From: Candidatus Phycocordibacter aenigmaticus
Lineage (GTDB): Bacteria; Patescibacteriota; Minisyncoccia; Phycocordibacterales; Phycocordibacteraceae
Direction of reading: 5' to 3'
Assembly: GCA_045401115.1 (NCBI GenBank)
Contig: CP174359.1
Location: 483,247-547,246, forward strand
DNA: 64,000 nucleotides
Shown here: one piece after another, positions 16,813-26,028 of the stretch
Layout of the letters: every line of letters begins with the position of its first letter
Numbering within the stretch: position 1 is the stretch's first letter
Program-made: the position numbers and the translations under genes
The notes under the pieces: generated by a model
Told to the model about the DNA's origin: nothing
Database searches by the model: none
Seen by the model: only the letters and a program-made list of their open reading frames with translations

Positions 16813-18060
16813 TTGATGCTACTATTTGAGGTAGAGAATATGTTTTGGCGTATTGGAATTATTTCGCTTGTCTTAGTGATACCGTTTAGTATTTGGCTTG
16901 CACCAGGTTTTGTTGCCGTGGCAACAGAGTGGGTAGTATTCTTTGCTCCACTTTGGTTACCACCGCTTTTACTTATCATTACCATACCGCTTTGGCTTAC
17001 TTATGTGCGTTCACAGTATGCATACCATATCCCATATACAGTTCTTGAACTAAAGCCTGGCGATAAAACACTGGAAACTGCACACGCAATGGAGCTTGTA
17101 TTATATTCACTCCATCGACGCACTGAACTGTCTCGGATTAAAGCTTTTTTACTTGGTGAATTTCGTGTGCCATGGAGTTTTGAAATTACCGCTACTGCGG
17201 GAACAGTACGTTTTTTTATGCGTATTCCTCGTGCGCATCGGCAGGCGCTTGAAATGCGAATTCGTTCCGAATATAAAGATATTGATATTGATGAAATTCG
17301 TGATTATGCACGTGTCACACACTTTGACGCAACAACTATGAAATTAAGTGCCCGTGAGTATGCGCTTACACAATCTGATCCGTATCCCTTGAAAACATAT
17401 GATATGTATACTCCCGACAACCATAAAAAAGATATCCCGCCTTTTTATGATCTTACTAAACAACTTCTTTCGGTAGGGGAACAAGAGTATCTATACATAT
17501 CGTATACAGTCCGTCCGCACCAATTAACAGAAAAAGCCTTTTGGCGACAAGAATCCGACACGCTGCACCGCGATGCGCAATTCGAGATTACTAAACTACT
17601 TGGTGCCGGGGGTGATATACGTTCGGCCAATGAACGAGTGCAAAAACAAGTTGCTGCAATCGAGACTGCACTTAAAAAGCCAGCATTTGATTGTGGCATC
17701 CGTGCACTCTATTTTGCCGATAAGACACGTTTTAATGATAGTCGAGTTCAAACGCTTGATACATTATTCGATGCTTTTAATGACACTGAGTTAAACAGTT
17801 TAGTTGCGCATAATCCGCGTGAATATATCACATGGCCACTTTCTGACATATTTAATGCAGTACCTTTTTTATACGAAAATTATATGCATTACCTTTACCG
17901 CAGACGTGCTTTTTTCGCACCACCACATTATGGAAAAACATTTGTTTTAAATACCGCTGAGTTGGCAACACTTTATCATGTACCGCAAATGCGACGTGCA
18001 AACACGCTTTCGCACGCGAGCGGTAAACGCCTTGAGCCGCCTGAAAATTTACCTGTATGA
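16813..18060 (+). CDS. Hypothetical membrane protein (two N-terminal TM helices plus about 330-aa soluble domain)
   Basis: TM segments 'IGIISLVLVIPFSIWLA' and 'VVFFAPLWLPPLLLIITIPLWL'. No Walker motifs and no recognisable family. Translationally coupled to mltG (ATGA overlap). Confidence 0.4.
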   Translation: MMLLFEVENMFWRIGIISLVLVIPFSIWLAPGFVAVATEWVVFFAPLWLPPLLLIITIPLWLTYVRSQYAYHIPYTVLELKPGDKTLETAHAMELVLYSLHRRTELSRIKAFLLGEFRVPWSFEITATAGTVRFFMRIPRAHRQALEMRIRSEYKDIDIDEIRDYARVTHFDATTMKLSAREYALTQSDPYPLKTYDMYTPDNHKKDIPPFYDLTKQLLSVGEQEYLYISYTVRPHQLTEKAFWRQESDTLHRDAQFEITKLLGAGGDIRSANERVQKQVAAIETALKKPAFDCGIRALYFADKTRFNDSRVQTLDTLFDAFNDTELNSLVAHNPREYITWPLSDIFNAVPFLYENYMHYLYRRRAFFAPPHYGKTFVLNTAELATLYHVPQMRRANTLSHASGKRLEPPENLPV

Positions 18061-19028
18061 GGAAAGAACTATTAACAAAAAAAACTAAATTTTATATAAA
18101 ACTATTTGGTTTTTTAGGTTTTTTTATGTCACTGGTTTTTTATGCGGGGTTTATAAAGCCACCACTTGAGTTTCCTGTTGAGCACTACAGTGTCGTTGAA
18201 GAAGGTGCGTCAGTACGTAGTGTCGCAAACGCACTTGAAAATGAAAACATTATTCGCTCATCATTCTTTTTTACCATTCTCGTACAATTATTTGGTGACA
18301 GCAACGGAGTGCGATCCGGAGTGTATCACTTTGATACACCGTCACATATTTTTCAAGTAGTTACTCGTTTAAACCAAGGTGTTTTTGGTGAGGATGTGTT
18401 TGTACGAGTCACCATTCCTGAAGGGGCGACGGTTATTGATATCGCGGTTATCTTATCGGAAACAATACCTGATTTTAACGTGGAGCAGTTTACAGAACTT
18501 GCAAAAGAGCATGAAGGATATCTTTTTCCTGATACATATCTTTTTGCTCCTGGCGCAAGTGCGGAAGCAGTGATTGCAGCAATGCGAGATAATTTTGATA
18601 CTAAAATAGAAACCATTTCAGAAAAAATTAGTGTGTTTGGAAAACCGCTGGGAGAGGTGGTGATTATGGCATCTCTGTTAGAAAAAGAAGCACGACAATT
18701 TAAAACCATGCAAATTGTTGCAGGTATTTTATGGAATCGTATTTCCATTGGTATGCCCCTTCAGGTTGATGCAGTATTTGGTTATATTTTTAATACCAAA
18801 ACATTTAGTCCTACATTTGATCAACTAGAAACAGATTCTCCGTATAATACGTATTTATATACAGGGCTACCTCCGGGACCAATTGCAAATCCCGGCTTAG
18901 CAGCATTAGAGGCAGCAGTTACGCCTCAAGACGTGCCGTATTTGTACTACCTGACTGGTAGTGACGGCACAATGCATTATGCAGAGACGTTTGAGAAACA
19001 TAAAGCAAACCGGCGTTTCTTACGATAA
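18057..19028 (+). CDS. mltG: Endolytic murein transglycosylase MltG (YceG family)
   Basis: N-terminal TM, then the YceG-like domain with the conserved C-terminal block 'YNTYLYTGLPPGPIANPGLAALEAA...YLYYL'. Confidence 0.75.
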   Translation: MRKELLTKKTKFYIKLFGFLGFFMSLVFYAGFIKPPLEFPVEHYSVVEEGASVRSVANALENENIIRSSFFFTILVQLFGDSNGVRSGVYHFDTPSHIFQVVTRLNQGVFGEDVFVRVTIPEGATVIDIAVILSETIPDFNVEQFTELAKEHEGYLFPDTYLFAPGASAEAVIAAMRDNFDTKIETISEKISVFGKPLGEVVIMASLLEKEARQFKTMQIVAGILWNRISIGMPLQVDAVFGYIFNTKTFSPTFDQLETDSPYNTYLYTGLPPGPIANPGLAALEAAVTPQDVPYLYYLTGSDGTMHYAETFEKHKANRRFLR

Positions 19029-19078
19029 TCGCTTATGAGTCGTTTTGCACAGTGTTCACTGCGCGGTACTATACTCTT

Positions 19079-20116
19079 ATGAAAACAGTATATGTAGGAC
19101 TCTCAGGAGGCGTGGATTCCGCGGTTTCGGCATATTTACTCAAGAGGCAAGGCTATAACGTTGTCGGTGCTTTTATAAAGGTGTGGGAGCCTGATTTTAT
19201 GCCCTGCACGGCGCAACAAGACCGTCTGGATGCAATGCGCGTTGCGGCACACCTCGAAATACCCTTTAAGACTTATGACCTCGAGGAGGAGTATAAACGC
19301 GGTGTTGTCGATTATTTTCTTGATGAGTATAAAGCGGGACGTACCCCAAATCCAGACGTGGCGTGTAATCGGGAAGTAAAGTTCGGTGCATTTTGGGATG
19401 TGGCAAAAAAAGATGGCGCTGATTGTATTGCGACAGGGCATTATGCGCAGAAAAAACTCATAGATGGAGCAAATGCACTTATTCGTGGCGTTGATGAGGG
19501 AAAAGACCAAAGTTATTTCCTTTGGACACTTACCCAGGATGATTTGGCGCATAGTCTGTTTCCTGTTGGTGAACTTCCAAAATCAGAAGTTCGTTCCATT
19601 GCTGCATCGATTAATCTGCCGAATGCCCGTAAAAAAGATTCGCAGGGGTTATGTTTCTTAGGGCATGTTGATATGCAGGAATTTCTACAGCATTACATCC
19701 CTGTTAAAAAAGGTCCTGTGCGTTTAATGGATGGCACAGTGCTCGGTGAGCATGACGGTGTGTGGTTTCATACTATTGGACAACGTTTATCGCTCGCGCA
19801 TGGGGCTCGGTTATATATTGTTGCAAAAAATGTAAAAAACAATGAGCTCATTGTTGCTGAAGAGTACACTCCAAAGGAGTACGCGCGCGCCACGTGGACA
19901 CTTCGTGATTGTAACTGGATACGAAACGTGCCTCGTGACGGGACTTCGGTTGAAGCAGAAATTCGCTATCATGGTACACCCCATAACGCTTCTATTACGG
20001 GAGATCAAATAACTTTTGAGGAACCACTCCTTGTGGCGCCAGGCCAATCAATTGTGTGCTATCACCCAGAGACAGGGGAATGCACAGGCGGTGGAATCGT
20101 TGCTGGCTATGTGTAA
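19079..20116 (+). CDS. mnmA: tRNA-specific 2-thiouridylase MnmA
   Basis: PP-loop 'VGLSGGVDSAVSAYLL', 'NPDVACNREVKFGAFW', 'ATGHYA'. Start adjusted to the internal Met (MKTVYVGLSGG); the ORF track begins at 19052. Confidence 0.85.
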   Translation: MKTVYVGLSGGVDSAVSAYLLKRQGYNVVGAFIKVWEPDFMPCTAQQDRLDAMRVAAHLEIPFKTYDLEEEYKRGVVDYFLDEYKAGRTPNPDVACNREVKFGAFWDVAKKDGADCIATGHYAQKKLIDGANALIRGVDEGKDQSYFLWTLTQDDLAHSLFPVGELPKSEVRSIAASINLPNARKKDSQGLCFLGHVDMQEFLQHYIPVKKGPVRLMDGTVLGEHDGVWFHTIGQRLSLAHGARLYIVAKNVKNNELIVAEEYTPKEYARATWTLRDCNWIRNVPRDGTSVEAEIRYHGTPHNASITGDQITFEEPLLVAPGQSIVCYHPETGECTGGGIVAGYV

Positions 20117-20148
20117 TTTATACATTAAAGGAGTGCTATGATAATTAT

Positions 20149-20973
20149 ATGTTGATTGTAAAAGGAGATGGCACAAAAGAGCCTTTTGATATTCTTAAAT
20201 TGAAACATTCTTTAAATCGAAGCGGCGCCGAACCAGAAATTGCCGCTCGAGTGGCTGAGAAGATTGCCTCTACTATTCGTGATGGGATGACCACAACCGA
20301 AATTTATAAACGTGCGTATAAACTGTTGGGGAAAACAGAAGGAGCTCTTGCTGCACGTTATTCAATGCGTCGCGCTATTTTTGATTTAGGACCAACAGGG
20401 TATCCGTTTGAAGATTTTTTCTCAGAACTTATGAAGAGACAGGGGTATACGACACATGTGCGACAAATTATGCAAGGGCTTTGTTCGGAGCATGAAGTTG
20501 ATGTGGTGTTAAAAAAAGGAGGTCTCACAAGTGGCGTAGAATTAAAATTTCATAATTCTATCGGGTTTAAAACTGACCTAAAGACAGCACTTTATGTCCG
20601 AGCGCGCTTCACAGATATTGAAGATGGGGCACGCAAACGCAATGAAGAATGCGGCATTAATGAAGGGTGGTTAGTAACGAATACAAAATTTACCAAAAGC
20701 GCAATTGCATATGCAGAATGTGCCGGAGTCACTCTCTTAGGTTGGAGTTATCCCAAAAAGGGTAATCTGGCCGATATGATTGAAGAAAGTGGTATTTATC
20801 CGATTACGGTCTTAACTACTCTTTCTGGTGCAGAGAAAAAACAGTTATTGAATGCTCAGGTGGCGCTTTGTAGTGATATTGCAAAAAACCCTGACATGCT
20901 CAGTAAAGTTGGCATCGCAAAACGTAAACACGAAGAAATTATTTCTGAGAGTAAACTTTTGTGTCACGCGTAG
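20149..20973 (+). CDS. ATP-cone domain fused to an Mrr-cat (restriction-endonuclease-like PD-(D/E)XK) nuclease domain
   Basis: N-terminus 'MLIVKGDGTKEPFDILKLKHSLNRSGAEPEIAARVAEKIASTI' is an ATP-cone, as in NrdR and RNR. C-terminus 'RFTDIEDGARKRNEECGINEGWLVTNTKFTKSAIAYAECAGVTLLGW' matches the Mrr_cat core. Start set at the ATG at 20149 with RBS AAAGGAG at 20128; the ORF track starts at 20056 inside mnmA. Confidence 0.6.
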   Translation: MLIVKGDGTKEPFDILKLKHSLNRSGAEPEIAARVAEKIASTIRDGMTTTEIYKRAYKLLGKTEGALAARYSMRRAIFDLGPTGYPFEDFFSELMKRQGYTTHVRQIMQGLCSEHEVDVVLKKGGLTSGVELKFHNSIGFKTDLKTALYVRARFTDIEDGARKRNEECGINEGWLVTNTKFTKSAIAYAECAGVTLLGWSYPKKGNLADMIEESGIYPITVLTTLSGAEKKQLLNAQVALCSDIAKNPDMLSKVGIAKRKHEEIISESKLLCHA

Positions 20974-21071
20974 TTAATATATGAAACTTATAAACTATTT
21001 TAAATAATAGAGGTCAATATATTCAGAAAGAGGGGTATGAGTGTTTCCGGCAATCATGTATACTTTCTTAA

Positions 21072-21935
21072 GTGTCTCAGTATTATAAAACAGATCGAAA
21101 GCCCGACTGGAACTATGGTGGACCACGATGGCGTCTTTCACGTTCAAAAATAGACCTTTTTAAACAGTGCCCCCGTTGTTTTTATATTGATAATAAACTT
21201 GGCACTGCCAGGCCGCCTGGTTTTCCTTTTAATCTTAACTCCGCTGTTGATGCGCTTTTAAAAAAAGAATTTGATATTCATCGCGTGGCTCAAACACAAC
21301 ACCCATTATGTAGAGAAAATAATTTGGATGTGGTGCCATATCAACACCCTAAAATGGATATTTGGCGGGAGAATTTTAAAGGGGTTGAAGCGAAGCATGC
21401 GCCGACAGGGTTCACTGTTTCTGGTGCGATCGATGATCTGTGGGTCGATGCAAACGGTACTGTTATTGTTGTTGACTATAAAGCAACCGCAAAGGATGGT
21501 GAGGTAAGTCTTGATGCTGATTGGCAAATTAGCTACAAACGACAAATGGAGATTTATCAATGGCTGCTACGTCAAAATGGTCTCTCTGTTTCTAATACTG
21601 GTTATTTTGTGTATGCCAATGGTCGTACGGATATTGACGCATTTGATGGAAAACTTGAATTTGATATTACATTGCTTTCATATACAGGAGACGACTCGTG
21701 GGTCGAAGGGGTATTACAAGAGATAAAAGAGACTCTAGAAAGCGAAGAACTTCCTCCGGTTGGTGAGGATTGTGATTATTGTCCTTACCGAACCGTGGTA
21801 GGTAAAAAACTACAGGCACGCTATGGATCGGCAGTACAAAAACAGGTTGCAGCAGACACAGCATCACCGAACACACCGATAAAAAAGGAGAGTAAAAAAG
21901 CACCACAGAGCGGACAGGATTCTCTCTTTACGTAA
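21072..21935 (+). CDS. Cas4-like PD-(D/E)XK nuclease with a four-Cys cluster (DUF83/RecB-nuclease superfamily), stand-alone
   Basis: N-terminal 'CPRC' and C-terminal 'CDYCPY' cysteines. Catalytic 'GAIDDLWVDANGTVIVVDYKAT' (D...D/E-x-K). No CRISPR array or other cas genes in the window. Confidence 0.6.
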   Translation: MSQYYKTDRKPDWNYGGPRWRLSRSKIDLFKQCPRCFYIDNKLGTARPPGFPFNLNSAVDALLKKEFDIHRVAQTQHPLCRENNLDVVPYQHPKMDIWRENFKGVEAKHAPTGFTVSGAIDDLWVDANGTVIVVDYKATAKDGEVSLDADWQISYKRQMEIYQWLLRQNGLSVSNTGYFVYANGRTDIDAFDGKLEFDITLLSYTGDDSWVEGVLQEIKETLESEELPPVGEDCDYCPYRTVVGKKLQARYGSAVQKQVAADTASPNTPIKKESKKAPQSGQDSLFT

Positions 21936-21984
21936 TTTATTTATGGCATTATCTTCTTTTCATCAAAAAGGTTTTTGAGAACGT

Positions 21985-22212
21985 GTGCTTCAAGTAGTAG
22001 CGTCAATACCAAAAGGGCAAACAAAAACATATGGAGACGTGGCTATGGCAGCTAAACATCCAGGCGCCGCACGCGCTGTCGGTGCAATCATGCGAAGCAA
22101 CACCGATAAAACAATTCCTTGCCATCGGGTTGTAGCAAAAAATGGAATCGGTGGGTATAACGGATTGCGTGGGAAAAAAGAAGCCTTGCTTAAAAAGGAG
22201 GGTGCACTATAG
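21985..22212 (+). CDS. Minimal MGMT-family protein (only the C-terminal DNA-binding/active-site domain of O6-alkylguanine-DNA alkyltransferase)
   Basis: 'TYGDVAMAAKHPGAARAVGAIMRSNTDKTIPCHRVVAKNGIGGY' contains the PCHRV active-site motif. Only 75 aa; GTG start. Confidence 0.6.
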   Translation: MLQVVASIPKGQTKTYGDVAMAAKHPGAARAVGAIMRSNTDKTIPCHRVVAKNGIGGYNGLRGKKEALLKKEGAL

Positions 22213-22248
22213 TAGAGGAGGTTTGTTGCCTGTGTATGAGAACATATT

Positions 22249-22971
22249 TTGTGGCAACTATTTGACTATATGCGTATTAATAAATATCTGGCATTACAAC
22301 AATACGCCTCTCGACGAGAGGCAGATACACTTGTGGAGCAAGGGAAGGTTTTTATTAATGGACGTAAGGCGGTACTTGGCGACCAAGTGGAGCCAGACGA
22401 CGTGGTGGATGTGCGTGGTGCTCAAAGTAAGAAGCGGGTGTACTATCTTTATCATAAACCTCGTGGCGTGGTTACTATAAACGCGCAAGAAGGCGAAAAG
22501 GAGATTAGTGATATCACGTCATTCCCTGAATCTGTATATCCTGTCGGAAGACTTGATAAAGAATCAGAAGGATTACTTTTGTTCACTAATGACGGGCGAG
22601 TTGCTGATGCGCTTCTCCGTCCGGAAAATCATCATGAAAAAGAGTATGCGGTCGAGGTACATAAACCAATTACACATGCTTTTTTAACACGTATGCAGCA
22701 CGGTGTTGATATTGGTGCGGTCGGTAAAACAAAACACTATATAACTAAACCGGCATTGGTACGTTGCATTAAACCTCATTCGTTTGAAATTGTATTAACT
22801 GAGGGTAAGAACCGTCAGATTAGGAGAGCCTGCGCAGCACTTGGTTATGAGGTTAAAAAATTAAAACGTTTTCGTATTCAAAATCTTGAGTTAGGAAAAT
22901 TACGAAAAGGAGAGTTTCGAGAACTTAATGGAGATGAACTCGTGCAATTTTTAACGCAGCTAGGACTTTAA
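22249..22971 (+). CDS. Pseudouridine synthase, RsuA/RluB family (S4 domain plus catalytic domain)
   Basis: S4 domain 'MRINKYLALQQYASRREADTLVEQGKVFINGRKA'; catalytic 'YPVGRLDKESEGLLLFTNDG' with the conserved Asp. Real start probably at 22264. Confidence 0.8.
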   Translation: MWQLFDYMRINKYLALQQYASRREADTLVEQGKVFINGRKAVLGDQVEPDDVVDVRGAQSKKRVYYLYHKPRGVVTINAQEGEKEISDITSFPESVYPVGRLDKESEGLLLFTNDGRVADALLRPENHHEKEYAVEVHKPITHAFLTRMQHGVDIGAVGKTKHYITKPALVRCIKPHSFEIVLTEGKNRQIRRACAALGYEVKKLKRFRIQNLELGKLRKGEFRELNGDELVQFLTQLGL

Positions 22972-23150
22972 TGAGAGTACGGTTTTTGAAAAGATTTTTC
23001 GTACTGGCATTCTGGACAATATAAACCGTCGCTATCTTCTTCCATTGGATAGTTGTGTATTTGACAGTGAAAGAGAGATTCTACGACAGCGTCATCTTGA
23101 TTAGAGGGGCGTGGAGTGTAGGTCTCAAACATATGTATATTATACCACAT
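22968..23150 (-). CDS. Small Cys/His-containing protein (possible zinc-ribbon)
   Basis: 'HCQIHNYPMEEDSDGLYCPECQ'. It fills the gap between the rluB-like gene and ung on the opposite strand. Could be non-coding. Confidence 0.25.
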   Translation of the reverse strand: MWYNIHMFETYTPRPSNQDDAVVESLFHCQIHNYPMEEDSDGLYCPECQYEKSFQKPYSH

Positions 23151-23225
23151 CTCCTTATATATTCTTTACTTTTTATTTAAATATTGTGTAAGTGCAATGT
23201 AATATTGTGCGTAACCCATATGCCG

Positions 23226-23888
23226 CTATGTCCACTGTATTTCTTTCTCCCCGTGCTGTGCAAGATAGGTGTTTGCTTGAATAAAATGATTATTACCCAA
23301 AAAACCTTTATGCGCTGAAAGTGGGGAAGGGTGTGCTGACTTTAAAACAAGATGCTTTTCTTTGTCGATAAGTATTTCTTTTTTCCCAGCAAATGCTCCC
23401 CAAAGGAGAAAGACTATATGTTCCTGTGTTTGAGAGAGCTGCGTGATTATTGCATCAGTAAACACATGCCAGCCGTATTCAGCGTGTGAATTTGCTTCAC
23501 CTGCTCGCACTGAAAGAGATGCATTGAGAAGTAATACTCCCTGTGTAGCCCATCGAGTGAGGTTTGGATCTTTATTCACTGTGCCGTACTCAGATTCTAT
23601 TTCTTTAAAAATATTTTGAAGTGACGGCGGAACGTTGTTTTCAGAATGAGTTGAAAACGCTAAACCGTCGGCAACGCCTGGGGTGTGATATGGATCCTGT
23701 CCAATAATAACTACTCGCACTGTTTCGGGTGTTACTAGTTCAAATGCACGAAAAATACATGAAGGGGGTGGTAAGACAGGTTGTTCTAAGTATTCACTCC
23801 GCACCTTTTCCGAAAGTTTTTTAAAATACGGTTTTATTAGTTCCTCTTTGAGAAGTGCTTTCCACTCTGTTCTCATGTTTACGTCCAT
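23226..23888 (-). CDS. ung: Uracil-DNA glycosylase (family 1)
   Basis: 'VVIIGQDPYHTPGVADGLAFS' (the GQDPYH water-activating motif) and C-terminal 'HPSPLSAHKGFLG' (HPSPL). Confidence 0.85.
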   Translation of the reverse strand: MDVNMRTEWKALLKEELIKPYFKKLSEKVRSEYLEQPVLPPPSCIFRAFELVTPETVRVVIIGQDPYHTPGVADGLAFSTHSENNVPPSLQNIFKEIESEYGTVNKDPNLTRWATQGVLLLNASLSVRAGEANSHAEYGWHVFTDAIITQLSQTQEHIVFLLWGAFAGKKEILIDKEKHLVLKSAHPSPLSAHKGFLGNNHFIQANTYLAQHGEKEIQWT

Positions 23889-23948
23889 AAGAACACTGTA
23901 CCAAATGAAATAAAATAAGAGACGTTTAACGTCTCTTATAATAATTAA

Positions 23949-25916
23949 TTACCAAATCTCAGCACGATCCTTGGGGTGGCGATAGAGCGCATCACTTTCT
24001 TTTACGTCAAATGCTTCATAGAAACTGGTTAAGTTTGAGGCGGGGCCGTTCATGCGGAATTTCGCAGGGGAGTGTGGGTCTACCATAAGAAGCATGCGTG
24101 CAAGTTCCGGGCGTGCCTGCCTCACTTCAAACGTAGCGAGGCCAATAAAGAGTCGCTGTTCAGGAGAAAAACCGTGTATTTTTTCTCGAGCCCCACCTTT
24201 TTCAAGGTGTCTTTGATATGCGTCATACGCGATAGCAAGTCCACCAAGGTCAGCAATGTTCTCGCCAAGTGTTAGTTTTCCATTCACTGGAAGATCGTTG
24301 ACTTTATAGGCGTTGAATTGCCGCACTAACACTTGAGCGCGTTTGTTGAATTGTTTTAAATCTTCTTTACGCCACCAATTTTTATAATTTCCTTTTCCGT
24401 CAAATTTAGCGCCTGAGTCATCAAAACCGTGGGTGAGTTCATGCCCAATAACTGACCCTATAGCGCCGTAGTTAATAGCATCATCACCTTCAGCATCAAA
24501 GAATGGTGGCTGCAAGATGCCAGCAGGGAATACAATCTCGTTGTTGTTTGGGTCATAGTAGGCGTTCACTGTTTGTGGTGGCATGAACCATTCTTTTTTA
24601 TCAACCCTTTTCCCTAATTTTTGGTAATTCTTTTTTTGTTCAAACGCAACCGCGCGCGATACGTTTTCATAAAATGTATCTGGTTTTATAGTGAGTGACG
24701 TATATGAACGCCACACATCAGGGTAGCCCAGTTTACAACGTATCTGTGAGAGCTTGGTGAGTGCTTTCTTTTTTGTGGTTTGTGACATCCACGTAACCGC
24801 TGAGATGCGTTCTTTATAGGCGGCGAGTATATCAGTAACCATAAGACCCACTTTCTTTTTCGCTTCCGGTGGAAAATGTTTCTTTATATACTTTTTACCA
24901 ACCACTTCGCCAATATAGGCATTAAGTGTACTGGTTACACGCTTCCATAGTGGGCGGATGGACTCACTTCCAGAGAGTGTTTTGCCGTGAAAATCAAATG
25001 CGCAGTCGATATACTTCTTTGAGAGCAATGGCGCTGCGTCATCGAGGGCGCTAAAGTACAGATAAGTCTTCCATGTGCTCAACGAAATCGTCTTTAAAAG
25101 AGCATTGAGTTTTTCAAAAAAGGCAGGTTGGTAGACAATAAGCGATGTGACTTTTTTATCTACGCCAAGTGTTTTGAAATACTGATCCCAATTTATATCT
25201 GAAGCAAGACGTTTAAGTGCAGCACGTGTTTTTTTGTTATATATCTTTTCAATGTCGCGAGTATCGGTACGAGACATGCTTGCGCGGGCAATTCTTGTTT
25301 CAAGTGCTAAGATTTTCCAGGCACTTTTGTTTGCTTCATCTTTAGGGGTTCCAGCGAGGGTGAGCATACGCTCTATATACGAAACGAACGCATCCTTAAT
25401 GCGCACTGACTGCGCATCTTTTTTAAGGTAGTAGTCTCGATCAGGAAGGGTTAACCCGCCTTGGGTAAGATGAAAAATATAGCTCTCAGCATCTTTATCG
25501 TCTTGTCCCACGAAGTTGCCCCAAAGATAGTGAGCGCCCTTTTTATGTTCTTCAGCGATGAATTGGAGTAAGTCTTCAGTACTTTTAATAGCGTCAATTT
25601 TCTTAAAAACAGGAAGGAGTGGGGTAATGCCACGTTGGTTACGTGTGTGCATGTCCATGCCTGAAAGATAAAAATCACGAATCAGCTGGGTGTCTGATCC
25701 TTTTTTGGCGCGTGTTTTGGTAACAGTCTCTTTTAAAATTGCATGAATTTCTTTAGTCACCTGATCGCGTAGCGCGTCAAAAGCCCCCCACTGACTCTCA
25801 CTTTTAGGTATGGGATTTTTCTTAAGCCAGCCGCCAACAGCGAAATGAAAAAAATCATCTTGCGGGCGTACTGAGGTATCAAGGTTTGATGGACTAAAGC
25901 TAGGTTTTGATTTCAT
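23949..25916 (-). CDS. M13-family zinc metallopeptidase (PepO / neprilysin-like endopeptidase)
   Basis: 'VIGHELTHGFDD' (HExxH) and 'GENIADLGGLAIAYDAY' (the E-x-I-A-D third zinc-ligand motif); size 655 aa. Confidence 0.8.
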   Translation of the reverse strand: MKSKPSFSPSNLDTSVRPQDDFFHFAVGGWLKKNPIPKSESQWGAFDALRDQVTKEIHAILKETVTKTRAKKGSDTQLIRDFYLSGMDMHTRNQRGITPLLPVFKKIDAIKSTEDLLQFIAEEHKKGAHYLWGNFVGQDDKDAESYIFHLTQGGLTLPDRDYYLKKDAQSVRIKDAFVSYIERMLTLAGTPKDEANKSAWKILALETRIARASMSRTDTRDIEKIYNKKTRAALKRLASDINWDQYFKTLGVDKKVTSLIVYQPAFFEKLNALLKTISLSTWKTYLYFSALDDAAPLLSKKYIDCAFDFHGKTLSGSESIRPLWKRVTSTLNAYIGEVVGKKYIKKHFPPEAKKKVGLMVTDILAAYKERISAVTWMSQTTKKKALTKLSQIRCKLGYPDVWRSYTSLTIKPDTFYENVSRAVAFEQKKNYQKLGKRVDKKEWFMPPQTVNAYYDPNNNEIVFPAGILQPPFFDAEGDDAINYGAIGSVIGHELTHGFDDSGAKFDGKGNYKNWWRKEDLKQFNKRAQVLVRQFNAYKVNDLPVNGKLTLGENIADLGGLAIAYDAYQRHLEKGGAREKIHGFSPEQRLFIGLATFEVRQARPELARMLLMVDPHSPAKFRMNGPASNLTSFYEAFDVKESDALYRHPKDRAEIW

Positions 25917-26028
25917 GCGCGTATATCTTAGGTATTCGTATAAGGGCAGTATACCGTTATCATGGTTTCTCTGTCACGTTGCTATTACCAAAAGAAAATA
26001 TTCTTGGTACGATAGGGCTATGACCGTC

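Noticed and set aside
20056-20148. N-terminal extensions of ORF-track entries (20056 for the Mrr fusion; also 25915 for alaS, 38644 for plsC, 44694 for pepA, 33333 for rplM, 19052 for mnmA, 47192 for scpB).
   Set aside because: The extensions overlap the 3' end of the preceding gene and are non-conserved. Internal ATGs that restore canonical N-termini exist, and the one at 20149 has a good ribosome-binding site.
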